Shown here in pieces: positions 10,529-25,600 of a stretch of DNA of 64,000 nucleotides. The notes below the pieces were generated by a model. The model saw only the letters and a program-made list of their open reading frames with translations, was not told the origin of the DNA and made no database searches. Source of the DNA: Octopus sinensis (taxonomy: Eukaryota); contig NC_042997.1 in NCBI RefSeq assembly GCF_006345805.1, positions 108,624,001 to 108,688,000 on the forward strand. Direction: 5' to 3'. Both the position numbers and the translations under genes were made by a program. Within the stretch, counting starts at the first letter, position 1, and the number at the start of each line of letters is the position of its first letter.

Positions 10529-13500
10529 TCAGAAATGTTTGTCAAACTCATAGTCTGATCCAGAGTCCATACTTTCAGCAGCGCCATTGTCTTCCTCTGT
10601 CTCAAAAGTCAATAAACTATCCATTGTGTTAGACAAGTTAGAAGCCAACTTCTCTGAAAACAAAAATGACAGAACAGATTTTACATAACATCAATGTGTG
10701 AAGATGAAAGGATAAACAACACAAATTTAGCATTTAAACTGACCATATCTGGGCTAAATAGGGTCAGTTCAAACTGGCCACATCTGGCCTCTCATACCTA
10801 TCCTGCAATGTCGTAAAAATAAACAATCACATCATCATTGTTTAACGTCCGTTTTCCAGGCTAGCATGGGTTGGACGGTTCGACTGAGGTCTGGGAAGCC
10901 AGGAGGCTGCACCAGGCTCCAGTCTGATCTAGTAGTGTTTCTACAGCTGGATGCCCTTCCTAATGCCAACCACTCCTTGAGTGTAGTGGGTGCTTTCTAC
11001 ATGCCAGATATGGCTGGCAACGGCCACGATCGGTTGGTGGTTTTAACGTGCCACCGACACGGAAGCCAGTCAAGGCGGCGCTGGCATCAGCCACATACGG
11101 ATGGTGCTTTTTATGTGCCAGGGTAGGCTGGCAATGGCCACATTATTGAAATGTCGAATGCACGAGATAATGCAGGATTAATCTGAATGCTAAAAGGTTA
11201 GAATAGACAACATTATTGATGTGTGGGAATATAATTATCATTAAGTTAGCCACGACACAGTATTATTACTAAACAAGCCACCATCTAACCACAAACATGA
11301 GAAATGAATTCTGAATAAGTAGCACTGTGTGGGGAGAGAAACGAATCAGGTTTTCTTGAGGTGAGGAGCCGTATCCTAAGCACATGGTTTTCAGTCACCA
11401 ACATTCAAGGGGTCATACTTTTAACTAAAACCTCAACCAAAAATATTGTCGGGGCAGGGTTTAAGTTGATTACAATGACCCCCCACCCCAGTGCTCAGCA
11501 GGTAAACATTTAATTGACTACAAAAGGTTGAAAGGCGAAGTTGGTCTCAGCGGAGTATAAAATGTGGAATATTAAGAATTAAAAGTGTCTAAGGCAGCAG
11601 TCCTCAACTGATGCCCTCATCCATTCTTTTATGGTCTTCCGTCTAGAAACATAAATAAATTTTTCTCTGACCCTTTTTATAATGTTGGCACCCACTAAAA
11701 CAAAAAAGTTTTAGATGTTGCCTAGATGTTAAAAAGGATGAGAAACCCTTTTCTAAGGAATAACTAGATGACCCTCCAAGATTTAGAGAAAGAGAGGAAT
11801 CCTAAATCCCTTTCTTTCAAAAAATAACACCATGGATGCTTCAAGTTGTTTGTCAAAGAAAGAATGGTCTGTTAATTTATACTTCTTGCACTCAGATGGG
11901 TTTGTTTTGGTAAACTGCCTACAACCAGTAAAGTAACATGATGTCAGCCTGGGGCCTGCTGTTTTAGATAAATAAAACAAGTTTATAATTTCTTGATCTT
12001 AGCACAAAGCCTTTTGAGGGGAGGGGAAGTCTATTTCAGTGCTTGACTGGTTCTTATTTTTATTGGACCTGAAAGGGTGAAAGGTAAAGGTGATTTCTGG
12101 AATTTGAACTCAGAATGTAAAGAGCTGGAAGTAATGTCACCAAATAATATTTCCAGTAATGATTACTGCCAGCTCGTCACATTTAATGAAGCCATAATTA
12201 ATTACTTACCCGACTTCTTTCTCAGTTTCTTCATTTTCTTGAAGTCTTCTTTGCGACTTTTATTCTTCTGTTCAATATTGGGTTCATCTTTATTCTTCCT
12301 GCTCTGACTGGATAATGTCGATGATGCTAAACTGGTTGTTGACGTGGCTTGTGATCCACTTAGGCATATTGTGGTGTTTTGCAACTGAAACAAGACAGAA
12401 AAATTATTTATGCCCAGACGCAAACTTATAAAGAGGTACCAGGCTGTGGTGCAGGGGTGGCTAGGTGGTAACAAGCTTGCTTCCAAATCACATGGTCTAA
12501 GGCTCAGTCCCACTGTGTGTCACCTTGGGCAAGTGTCTTATTGTAATCCTGGGCTGACCAAAGCCTTGCAAGTGGATTTGGAAGATGGAAACTGTAAGAA
12601 GCCCCATCAATACAGACACATTTACTTTTCTGTAGAAGAGTGTAAACTTGAAACGCCAAAAGGTTCTTCCATTTTCCCTGAGCATTAAACTAATCCACCT
12701 TGTGTGTTGTTCTTTCACTTGTCTTCAGTCTTTTGTTTTTTTTGTATAATTTCAGAACTTGTGTGTGTATGTGTTTGCATATAGCCTTGTCTTGACAACA
12801 AGAGATGGTTGTAAGCAAGGATCACACTCACACAAGCAATGCTATTCGTTTTCAGTCTCCCATGAAAAAAACCTATGTCTGGTGGTAGGGAAATATTACC
12901 TTATTTGGAAAGAGGTGAGGGTTGGCAACAATAAGGGCATTCCGCCACACAAGATTTGCCCCGACAGATTTAGATCATCTTATGGAAACATGGGAGAGTG
13001 AACATTAAAACAATGACGAAGATGGTTCCTGTGTCATACAATGACTGATCCCTTCCAATCTGCTATCCAAGTAATCCAGGTGAGAGTTGTTCATGCTAAC
13101 CCCTCACCTGTTGCTCATGTTAACAGGAGTCACAGGTAAGTTTAGCAGTTGAACCTCACCTCTTCATTTCCTATCCAGAATCACAGAATTTTTTGTCTAA
13201 TATGATTTTGAATTCCTGACTTCTTAATTACCACAAAAAGCAACCTTTTTGTATAAGATATCATACCTGGCACTAATTCATTTAAAGAAATTCCAATTAT
13301 TTTCATGTCTTTACTTTTATTTTTGTCTTGCAAGTACTTGGTGACCCTGTCAGTGCAGGTACCACTTAAAGAGCACCCAGTCCACACTGTAACATGGTTG
13401 GTGTTTGGAAGGGCATCTAGCTGTAAAAATCTTGCCAAAACAGCCACAGAAGTCTGGTACATGCTTCTGCCTGGCCGGCTCTTGTGAAACCATCCCACCC

Positions 13501-16500
13501 ATACAAGCATGGAATACGGATGTTAAACGATGATGACGACGACTTGTTTGCATTGACAAAATATTTTGCCAAAAATGCTCTCAGAATATTTTCCCCATAG
13601 ATATACCGCTTCTACAATATATATCTTAGTTTTAGAAGCACAATAATTAATAATTTTAAATTTGTAGATTTTAAGAACATTTCATTTTATTCAGATTGTA
13701 AAATACCTCAGCTTCTTCTGGGGCTTCATTTTCATTCAAGTCTTCATTTTCATCCATGCTTTCTACTTCTTCATTAGATTCTTCTATTCCAAGAAGTTGT
13801 TGTCTTGCAAGTGACACAATTTCTTTCTCGTCCATGACACACGTAACTGGCTGCGATCCTGGGATGGGCATGAAGTTACTGCTCATAGGTTTAGAATCTG
13901 AAACAATGGAAATGGAAGAAACAAAATGAAAATTAGGTTTGCATTCTGCAACACGTAGATTGTATGATGCATGTGTGCGAACTGCCATGCTACATGGCAG
14001 TGAAATATGGGCTGTGACTGCTGAAGGCATGCGTAGGCTTGAAAGAAATGAAGCTAGTATGCTCCAGTGGATGTGTAATGTCTGTGTGCACACACGACAA
14101 TGTAAGCGCCTTAAATGTTGGACATAAGAAGCATCAAATGTGATGTGCAAGAGAGATGACTGAGCTGGTATGGATGAGGAGAGCTGTGTGAAAATATGTC
14201 ACTCCCTAACAGTGGAAAGAACCCGCAGAAGAGGGGGACCCAGGAAGACATGGGATGAGGTGGTGAAGTATGACCTTTGAACATTGGGCCTTTCAGAGGC
14301 AATGACGAAAGACTGAGACCTCTGGAGATATACTGTGATTGAGAAGACCCCGCAAGTAAAGTGAGATCACAGCTGTAGCCTACACCAGTGTCGCATAATC
14401 AATCCATTTAAAAAGTACCTTTGAATTGTCTCACCAGATGCTGTGCTTGAGGATGACCTATTGAGTCAAGTAAAATCAAAATCAAATCAAATGGAAATTG
14501 TAGTTGTGTCCGATGCCAGTGCCACCTGACTGGCTCCTGTGCTGGTGGCACGCAATAAGCACCATTCATGCATGGGTCGCTGCCAGAGCTGCTTACTGGT
14601 TCCCCATGCCGGAGGCATGTAAAAAGCACCATCCAAACGTGGTTGATGCCAGCCCCACCCCCTGGCATGTAAAAAGCACCCACTATGTTCTCGGAGTGGT
14701 TGGCATTAGGAAGGGCATCCAGCTGTAGAAACATTGCCTGATCAGATTGGAGCCTGGAGCAGCCTACTGGCTTGCCAGTCCCCAGTCAAACTGTCCAACC
14801 CATGCCAGCATGGAAAGCAGATGTTAAACAATGATGATGATGTGCAGAGCTGCTTCACAACTCCGTCCTCATGAACCATTTTGCATTCAAATTATTTCCT
14901 CAAACCAAAAATTTATTTATTCATGTTGCTTTGAATTAATCCTGCATTATCTCGTAGCTTTGAGATTTCAATGACGTGATTCGTTAGTTTTAAGATGACA
15001 TTATAGGATATGCATGAGAGGCTGGATCTGACCAGTCTGAACATAAAACCTTGTTGAGTATTTGGGTCAGATATGACTGGTTTAAATCAAAATGGTTAAT
15101 AAATTTAATTCAGTGAAAAACTCCTCTTTTCTCAGAAATTTGATTTGCATCTCATTAAAATCATTATATTAAAAAAATAAAATACAAGAGATCAAAGCAC
15201 ACCAATTCATCCCAGATTATATTTCACTCCAGGTCAGCAGAGTCTTATTTTCTTTTAATCCTTTCGTTACCAACCCGGCTGAAACTGGCTCTGTAGTACA
15301 AACGTCTTGTTTTCTTAAGTTTTGAATTAAAATCTTCCACCAAACTTTAGTCACAATTTATGTTCCTAACACTAGCTGAATGATAACTAAGTTATTTTAC
15401 TAAATTCTTTGTTATATTTTAAGTAATTGAAAGAAACCTGACAAAGCATCTCAAAATAAATACAGTAAGGAAAAGGTTAAATAAAAACCAAATCTAGATT
15501 TGGTTGACTTGTATTGGTTGAGTTTTAGGGTCCTATTTTCCATTTTCAGCTTGATGAGTCTAGATCAGTGGTCCTCAACCACATTTTGCCAATTGACTCC
15601 TTTTGATTCCTATGGACCTCCATACTCATTTCATGTTGAAAAAAAAATCATATTGTTATAATATTATTAGAATTTGTATTAAAAAATTGTTAAAATGTTT
15701 TATGCATTCTTTTATTCTTTTACTTGTTTCAGTCATTTGACTGTGGCCATGCTGGAGCACTGCTTTTAGTTGAGCAAATCAACCCCAGGACTTATTCTTT
15801 GTAAGCCTAGTACTTATTCTATCGGTCTCTTTTGCTGAACAGCCAAGTTATGGAGATATAAACACATCAGTGATGGTGGGGCAACAAACACAGACACGCA
15901 AAAACATACATATATATATACGATGGGCTTCTTTCAGTTTCCATCTACCAAATCCACTCAAAAGACTTTGGTCGGCCCAAGGTGCCACGCAGTAGGACTG
16001 AATGCAGAACCATGTGGTTGGTTAGCAAGCTACTTACCACAGAGCCACAATCAATTTAGTGCAGATATATTTCAACAACAAAAATTTTAAATGGACCCTG
16101 GTTAAAAACCATTGATGTAGAAGAGGGACAGCTCTTGACCCTTGGCTGACCCTCAAATATTGGTGAGGGGTTGATATTATTTCTGTTCTGTCTGCAGAAG
16201 ACATGAGCAAGGAGGAGATTCCAGAGGGATGATGTTATGAAGAGGAAGGATTGGCCATTATAGTATCAAAGGAAAAAACAGTGAGTGGACACAGCACACG
16301 AGTGGGGTTGATTATTTACCAAAATCCTTTTGTTGACATCACAACAGTCTTTAGAATTCTATTTACCAATTCTTTCAACAACCATGCTAAAAGAACATTG
16401 TTTGAAGATAGACCCTTCTTTGTATAAATCTTATTTTGGTGGGTGCCAGGGTAAAGGCACTGGAAATGTAGAGTGATCTGTGATTCAGTGCTTAACATGT

Positions 16501-19500
16501 TGGTTTCGAATCTTTGCACAAAGCCAGTAATTGGAGGGGGGGGGGGAATAAGTTGTGTACACAAACCCCAGTGTTCTACTGGTGCTTATTTTATCAACCC
16601 CGAAAGGATAAAAGACTAAGTTGACTTTGGTGGGATTTGAACTCAGAATGCAAAGTCAGAAGAAATGCCACTGAGCATTTCTCCTGGTGCAGTACCGATT
16701 CTGCTAGTTTGCCTCCTTAAAACAAACTCCATATTGAAGTCTAATTAGTTTGCACATCTTGTTTAGTGATCAGCTGCAAGTAACGACGATCTGGTAACTT
16801 GTACTGAAGTACTGCCTTTTGTGTTTGCAGTTGTGAGCAGAGAGAGAGGACTCTTCTCGGCCTTTCCACCAATGATCCAGAGGGACTTGGAGCTTGTTGC
16901 AGAGAGGGCTGCACCAACACAAAGCTGCAGGAACAATGAAACGACCTTGTTCAGGCAATAACATACCACCTGGCCCAGGAATTGAACTCACAAACAAAAT
17001 CAGGAGCCCAACTCTCAGAACCAGTAGACCACTGGCCTTCAGAGTTGGTACGTAGCCACACCTGCACCTTTTTATCTTTTGTTTTTAACTTTTTTTTCGG
17101 CCATTTGGACTGTGGCCATGCTGGAGCATCACTTTGAAGAATTTTAGTTGAATGAATTGACTCCAGTACTTTTTCTGTTTTTTTTTTGAGCCCGATACAT
17201 ATTCCATCAATCTCTTTTACTGAACTGCTAAGTTACAGGAATGTAAACACACCAACACCAGCTGTGAAGCAGTGGTTGGGGATAAACACTGACACAAAGA
17301 CACACATATATGACAGGCTTCTTTCAGTTTCCATCTACCAAATCCACTCACAAGGCTTTGGCCAACCTGAGGTTATTGTAGAAGACACTTGCCCAAGGTG
17401 CCACGCAGTGGGACTGAACCCAGAACCATGCGATTGGGAAGTTAGCTACTTACCACACACACACATATATATAGCTTGGTAACTGTTGTTATGTAGACAC
17501 ACACACTTAGAGAGAAATATAATGCAAGGATATGAGCTTTTGAAGCAAGCTCTGTATGACTGTAGACCCTTCAATCAATCTTCAGGTCAATCATCAATCA
17601 TACAAACTCTTTATGGCTGTAGACCCACCCTTCAATCAATCTTCAGGTCAGTCATCAATCATACAAACTCTTTATGGCTGTAGACCCTACAATCAATCTT
17701 CAGGTCAGTCATCAATCATACAAACTCTTTATGGCTGTAGACCCTTCAATCAATCTTCAGGTCAGTCATCAATCATACATACTGACATCAGTTTGTGTTC
17801 CTAAAACACCAGCATTACGAACACTCAAGATGGATGTAGCAGCATTGGTTGTGGTAGTAGTTTGTAGGAAAACCATCACTTACGATTTAATATTTGAATT
17901 TCTTCATCTTTAATGGCATCCAGGTCAAAGGACTTCCCCATTTCGCTAACAATTTCTGCACTGACATGTGTAGTAACGTTTTCAGGTGGCTCGGTATAAT
18001 AGCTGATGCGACCACTGAAATAAACAAACAGCAAAATGAAATCAAATCACAGTCAAATAGAAATTGTAGTTGTGGTCCCTATGCCGTTGGCATGTAAGAA
18101 GCACCATCTGATCGTGGTCGATGCTAGCTCCCTCTGGCCTGTGGCACGTAAAAAGTACCCATTACACTCTCGGAGTGGTTAGCATTAGGAAGGGCATCCA
18201 GCTGTAGAAACATTGCCAGATCAGACTGGTGCCACCTCCTGGCTTTCCAGGCCTCAGTCGAACCATCCCAACCTTGCCAGCATTGAAAAAGGACATTAAA
18301 CAATGATAAAGTATATTACTTCTTCAGTATTAAATCATTTGAGGGGAATTTATCACCAGTTAATCAACAGAACACTTATTTTTAGGGTTCTTATGAATTC
18401 ATTATAGATTTGTGTTGTTTTAGTTGTATTAATTAAGCTGCTGACGTCTGTCATCATCATTTAACATCCACTTTTCCAATGCTTGTATGGATCAGGTGTA
18501 ACTCTTGCATCAGGGTTTCTAGAACTGGATGCTCTTCCTGTCACCAATGCCCATCTATTTCCATGTAAGGTAATATTTCCCCCAGTCCTTCGAACACAAA
18601 CAGTTCAATGGCCGGACATGTTTTCATGGAAGGTAGCAAACAAGTCTCCCTATTTTGTAAGACCAACGACTTTGCTTACAATCAATGTATGAGGTCAAGA
18701 TTAAGGGACACACACACACACACACAGGTTAGGTGTGAAGATTTAGAAAGACATCAGTAATTACCAACTTGTCAATTAAGCCTCATTATGTTGTAATTTG
18801 ATGGAAAGTGTTCAACATATAAATATAAGAATTGGTCAACAGCCACATCTTTCAACACCGTCAGCTGTTTACTATAGCAGGGAGATGGAACCAGAGCAAT
18901 CTTTATTGAACATGACTTGAGGTATTTTTAGTGGATATGGTCAGAAATTGAAGAAATGGTAATAAGGACCAAGTGGATTTGAAGAATTAGGATAGACTAA
19001 AGAATAAAGGCTGGAATGTAGTGAATGTGGTTACCTGTTCCAATGTTGTAGAATAACTCTAGCAGATTTGTTGATATCTGGAGAACCACCTTTTTTGAAA
19101 TAGCCCCATTTTCGAGCAAGAATAGCAAGGAATTCCATAGTATCATTATATTTTGGAATCTTGTAGTGCATCATCATCTATGAAAAATGGAATCACTCTA
19201 TTAGTGTTTTCAATGGTATTGGAAGCAGCATAAAAGTGGTAACACCAATAAAATCAAAGATTTACTTTCTGTTCTTAAGAAAGATAAAAGTAAAAGATAT
19301 TTGTAACAGTCATGTGGTTCCCACCTCATGGTTTTCAGCAAAGAAATTTCTAAGGAATTTAATGATCAAAGACTCTTAAGGAGAAGTTAGGGTCAGATAT
19401 TCTTCAGGCAGACAGTTTTCTTAATGTGTTAATGGATTGAAGACATTTACACTGCAATCAACAAAATCTTACAAATTTAACAACAATCAACAACCCAAAA

Positions 19501-19588
19501 TTTCATAGGAAAACTGTAATTCAGAAAAAACAATTTTATAAATATAACGAAACTAGCTGAGAGTGAACAAAAGGCTAGTAAATACATT

Positions 19589-19628
<40 letters not shown>

Positions 19629-22600
19629 CACATAGGTGCAGATGTGGTTGTGTTGTAAGAAGCTTACTTCCCAACCACATAGTTCAGTCCCACAGTGTGG
19701 GATCATGGGGCTGCTATAGTCTTGGGCTAACCAAAGCCTTGTGAGTGGATTTGCTAGACAAAAACTGAAAGAAACTCGTAGTGTATGTATATATATATAT
19801 ATATAAACACACACACACATATATATACATATGTATGTATGCTGAACTACCAAATCGGATTACTTGCTTCTTTCACTTCATCTTCTGCTTGATCTGGGGC
19901 CAATGACTGTGCCATTGCTAAAGGCATTTTCTCCTGTAGAAAAGCCACTCCAGCAGAGAGGAACCATTTAGGGCCACACAACAATTCACTTTAGTTTAAA
20001 CTTATTTCATGAAGTGAGAAAATCTTTGTTGCAAAACTGTGACAGTTTAGAAGAATGAAGAAAACCAAACTATTCTTACCTGTTCTTTGTTACATCGTTT
20101 CAGGATTGTCTCTACAGCTGTTGAAGGATCATCAATTCCAGAAACCTAATAATTACCATCCAAAATAAAACAAAAGTTTCATGAATCCATTAGTTTTTCT
20201 GTCAACTGGATAAGTTTCAATAATTCCCTCAACATATTATTGAAATTCTGTTCAGTTTGTTTCTCTTTTATTGAATGTCAAAATTAATCCGAAACTATCA
20301 TCATGGTCATTTAATGTCCATTACCCATCCTGGCAAAGGTAGGGCAGTTTGATAGAAGTTGGCCAGCCAGAGAGCTGCACCAGTCTCTGATTGTCTGTTA
20401 TGGAAAAATTTCTACAGCTGGGTGCCCTTTCTAATGCCAACCATTTTCCAGAGTGTACTGGATGCTTTCTATGTGGCACCACCCCTAACAAGATCATCTT
20501 ACAAGGCAAGGACCCCCCCCGCCACCTTTGACTGGCAGGAGGGGGAAGCAGAATTGAGTGGGTGTGGCTTTGTGCCTTTTGAGAGATTTAAGGTGTACAG
20601 GGGACAAATATAGGTGTTTTGCTATACAAATGGGAAATCATTGCTAAAAATGGTTGGGTTCTTGAATAGGGAAATATCATACAATATTCATCATGAAATT
20701 ATTTTGTTAAAATTCTTCATTTCTGGAACACACATAGATCAAAGGACTTGGATTAGCAGATAAGCCTTCTTAAACTCACAAAGGTTCAAGATTTTGTTCA
20801 ACTAACGACATCAATCAATTGAAATAACACCAATGACGACTAAAGTGTGTGTGTTTGTGTGTGGTTGAGAGGCAAGCATTGTACCTGCAACAACGGTAAG
20901 CACAAAATATGGAAAAAAAGAAAAATAATGAAAGACAGTTTGGAGTTGATTAAAAGATCAACAAACCTTCACACAGTTTTTCAGGATAAGAGAAGTGCCC
21001 GAGGGATTATCGGACATGACAACACCAGGACTATCCAAGAGTTTGATATTCTTTGTTAGGCTTATTACTTGCATTGATCTGTGGGGGAAAAAAAAACAAA
21101 GAAATAATTCAAACACAGAGCAAGAATTGCAGGATTCAGTAAAGCTACAATTATAGACAAACTATGAAAGAAAGGTCAAAGTTAATATCAACAGAGACTA
21201 AATGAAGGGCAAGGCTAATCTACCATCAACTATTGTAGACTGCGACAGGATCCAGTGACCCCCAACGACCACATCCTGCTCCATCGTCAGTCATGGCATG
21301 GTTTCTACAGCTGGATGCATTTCCTAATGTCAGCCAAAAGCATGTAGTTAAGTGGTTAGGGTGTTTGACTTACAATTGTGAGGTCATGGATTCAATACCT
21401 GGTAAGGGATTGTGTCTTTGGGCAAGACACTGTTTCACGGTGCTCCAGTCCACTAAGCTGGTAAAAATCAATTGTACTTGTAATTCATGGGGGGACAACA
21501 TTGTCATATTCTGTGTCACTCCAAATCTCCTCGTGAACTACGTTAAGGGGTATATGTGTCTGTGGAGTGCTCAGCCACTTGTACGTTAATTCCACAAGCA
21601 GGATGTTTGGTTAATCGGATCAATGGGGATGCTTGTCATTGTAACTGACAGAGAACCAAATTAAAGTCAGCCACTGTACAGCGTGTATTGAGTGCATTTT
21701 GTGTGCAGCCAGCATAAGTGAGGTTGCCAGGCAGTTTGCTAGACTACAAACTTCAAGAGAGGAGGCCTGATGCTAGGAGATGAATGAGAGAAGGGGCCCA
21801 GAACAAAACAGGGTTTTTCTGTTGTAGAAAAGCTACATGGTTACTCTTATTTTGGAAGAAAGGGTCAGAGTGATTGAGCAGAGGTGAAAAGAGATAAAAA
21901 AATATGGTGGAGATGAGGTGTTTGGGTGGACCCTCAAGCTACACAGTGGGTGGGGGGAAGAAGGACTGGGTTTATTAATTTATTACCAACAGTAACTGTG
22001 GAGTGGAAGCAGTAGATCAGAGTGAATTTAGAACAATTGAAAAAGTAAATAAGATAAAACAAAAACTACTGACCCATCAGGTCCCACTTAGAAACTGAAG
22101 CCATTGGAAACATATGGGTCCCTGTGCCAATATGCCATACAATGGGACATAACTGAAGCTGCTGACAAGATTATCTTCTTTGACCCTTAAGAATTCAGAT
22201 TACTCTATAAGGCTCACTTAGTTACATTGCTTTCTTTTAGACTGACATAGTAGGGTAAGTTGGAGAGGTTGGATCTGGCCAAGTTGAACATAGAACAGGT
22301 AGAATGTTTGAGCCAGTTTAAATGCAAAAGGGTTGCGTAATGTTCATCCAACAAATCTCATAACTCTATCAACTTTAGACAGACAAACAACAGAACTCCA
22401 ATTCTTAGAGAATCAAATGATTAACTGCCACACAAAGGCAGAAGATCCTACAGCTCCAACAATAAACATTCCATGACAAATGCTAACAAAAACCAAAACA
22501 GATTCCTTACCTTGTAATTCCAGGGACGTCACCAACTCTGCATGCCCGATTTCGTTTAAGGCTGTTAATAATACTGCTTTTGCCAGTGTTGGGTAGACCT

Positions 22601-25600
22601 GGGTACAATGGAAACGGAAACAGTTTGTGGAAGAGATTTTGCAAAATAAAACAGCAATTCTGAGATATAAAGACACTCTTTTATTGAAAATACAAGAATT
22701 TATGACAAATATTGTATAAAAACAGGGAATTTCTTTCAGTTAAAGATTTTTATGAAACCAGAAAATGTGTATAATACAAAGGCTTTTATAAGTTTAATCA
22801 TTATCATCATCATTTAACGCCCATTGTCCATGCTGGCATGGGTTGGACAGTTTGACCAGAGCTGGCAAGGGTGGAAGGCTGCACCAGACTCCAGTTTAAT
22901 TTGGCATAGTTTCTACAGCTGGATGTCCTTCCCAATGCCAACCACTCTGAGAGTGTAATTGATGTTCTTAAGTGCCACCAGTATCTGCTACAACCGTTAT
23001 TTTACTTGACTCAATGGGTCTTCTTCTCAAGCACGACATAATGCCAAAGGTCTCGGTCATTTGTCATTGCTTCTGTGAGGCCTAACATTTGAAAGGAGCT
23101 TCTCATGTTCTACCAGCATCGGTCACTTTGACCCCGTGAGGCCCAATGCTTGAAAGGTACTTTTTACGTGCCACCAGCATTGGTCACAACTATGATTTCA
23201 CTGGGCCTGATGGGTCTTCTCAAGCACCGCATATTGCCAAATCAATGTGTATACATACAACTATGATATGTATATCTTGGACTACATTGTTTGATGTGTT
23301 GTTTTCTCAAAGTATGATTTGAAGTAGACTTGGCTGATATGTCAAGCAAGCCAGCTGACCACATAGAGGTTCACTTGAAGATAAATCTATAATTTCTGTT
23401 TGGTTGCTTCAACAGGAGCTGGCAAGCCAGACAGCTGCACCAAGTGCCATTTGTCTATCGTTTTGGCTAGGTTTCCACAGCTGGATGTCCTTCCTAATGC
23501 CAACCACTTTGCAGTGTGTACTGGGTGCTTTTCATGAGGCACCAGCACAGTTATGATGATGATTACCGAGATCTTAGATGCAATTAATAAATTACTCACC
23601 TACAACACCAACCCTGATGGCTACTTTTAGGCCTTCACTGCGGCAATAATTAGCAAGCAGCTTCATCAAGAGATCAGCTCCAAGACAATTGGATGTCTTC
23701 TTCTGCAATCCTTTCCACATGGAATATTTCTTTACATGGCCCTACATAGAAAACAAAACTCATATACCAACCAAAGCTGTCATCAATTTTGGTTTCAGGA
23801 CACAAAACACGATCTCCTCCTCCTCCTCTTTTACTTGACCACAAAATCAGAATCCCCAAAATTCCTTCAATCAAAGCCAGGAATTTCCAGAATCATAAGA
23901 AATTGAAATTTGGTCCAAAGCAAGCTTTTATCTTTTACTTGTTTCAGTCTTTAGATTGTGGCCATGCTGGGGCACTGCCTCAGAGAATCTTCGTTGAATG
24001 AATCGACTCCAGTGCTTTTAATTCTTTTTAAGCCTGACACTTCCTCCATCAGTCTCTTTTGCTGAGCTGCTAGGTTACGGGGACATAAACGCACCAACAC
24101 CAGCTGTCAAGCAGCGGTGGTGGACAAACACAGACACAAAGACGTATATATATGACAGGCTTCTTTTAGTTTCCATCTACCAAATCCACCCACAAGGCTT
24201 TATTGTAGAAGACATTCACCGAAAGTGCCATGCAGTGGGTTTGAACCAAAAACATCTTATCATACAGCCACACCTGTGTCTATAAAGTTTAGTAACTGGA
24301 AGAAAATTGATGACAAAAGTCAAATGTTTAATTCTATTCAAGAATAGTCTTGTGTTGCTACCGGCCACATGGTTTTGGGTTCAGTCCCACAACATGGCAC
24401 CTTGAGCAAATGTCTTCTACTAGAGCGTTTGGTCAACCAAAGCCTAATGAGTAGACTTGGTAGATGGAAACTAAAAGAAGCCCCTTGTATAAATCTATAA
24501 ATCTGTGTGTGTGTGTTTGTTTTGGGATGTGATAACTATAAATGAGCTTCACTGCCATACGAGCGATGTGGTTTGATTCCAAGATATCTGACCATAAGAG
24601 TAAAATTACCTTGCTTTGAAAAAGGTGAGGGTTAGTGGTAGGAAAAGCATCCAGCCATAGTAAATCTGCAGGTGTGGCTGTGTGGTAAGAAGTTTGCTTC
24701 CCAACCATAAAGGTCCTGGGCACCTTGGGCAAGTAATTTCTACCTAGGACTGACCAAAGCTTTTCAGTCAATTTGGTAGATGAAACTAAAAGAAACCTAT
24801 CATAAATATGTGTGTGTATTTGTGTCTTGTGTCTGCCCCCACCCCACTGCTTAACAACCAGTATTGGTGTGTTTATGTCCCTGTAACTTAGCGGTTTGGC
24901 TAAAGAGACCAATACAATAAGTACAAGGCTTAAAAAAAAAAGAAAAGAATTGGAGCCAACTTATTCAACTAAAATCCTTCAAGGCAGTGCTCCAGAATGG
25001 CTGTGGTTTAATGTCTGAAACAAGCAAAAGATATTTCCCATAACAATAGGTGGTAAGATTTAGTTGTTATAGTCTTTATAGGACAGTTATAGCTAATATC
25101 AAAAATTTCATCAACTAACGACACAGGGTCCCATGTGTGTAGGACAGGGTCAAGGACATGGGTTGTTATCGGTGAACAGATGCAACCATTTATACTTAGT
25201 GAATATGTTACAGGTGAATGTCATTTCACCAAATAGTTACAAAAGTCAACTTTGTTATGTAAACATTTTGTTCACAAATCCTAAATCAGTTGTGATGTGT
25301 TCTATTTCCGACAGAAATCAGTTTAATTTCTGGAGCTGTTGTTTCTAAGTGAAAGACTTTGAAAGCTGCAAAGTGTGTGGTGAAATGATTTAGGAGTCTT
25401 TGGACTAAGCCTCTGTCACTAATTAGATCCTAAGATTAGAAAGCAGAGTCAAAGTAAATAAAAAAAAAAAAAGACAAAGAAGCTAAACGTGTTCAGTGCT
25501 GAAGGCAACGCACAGAACAAAGAAAAAAAGACATTTCTCACCAGAGAACTTCAAAGCACAGTAAGCAGATCAAAAACCAAATGAGCTAAAGTCACCTAAA

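Noticed and set aside
16316-16475. Open frame with AG/GT ends in GNL3 intron 14 ([10 protein letters not shown]...)
   Set aside because: Phase incompatible with flanking exons 14 and 15, which already join in frame; no family resemblance.
17550-17781. Possible CRISPR-like array
   Set aside because: Units are contiguous with no unique spacers, in a eukaryotic intron, with no cas genes.
20250-20305. ATGATGA...CTGA box C/D-like pair in GNL3 intron 11
   Set aside because: The C-like word is the (GAT)n tail of an RTE fragment; spacing is too short.
22570-22598. G1 motif GLPNTGKS instead of G.PNVGKS
   Set aside because: Still fits GxxxxGKS; Thr at this position is recalled from related Nog2-type GTPases, so not evidence of novelty.
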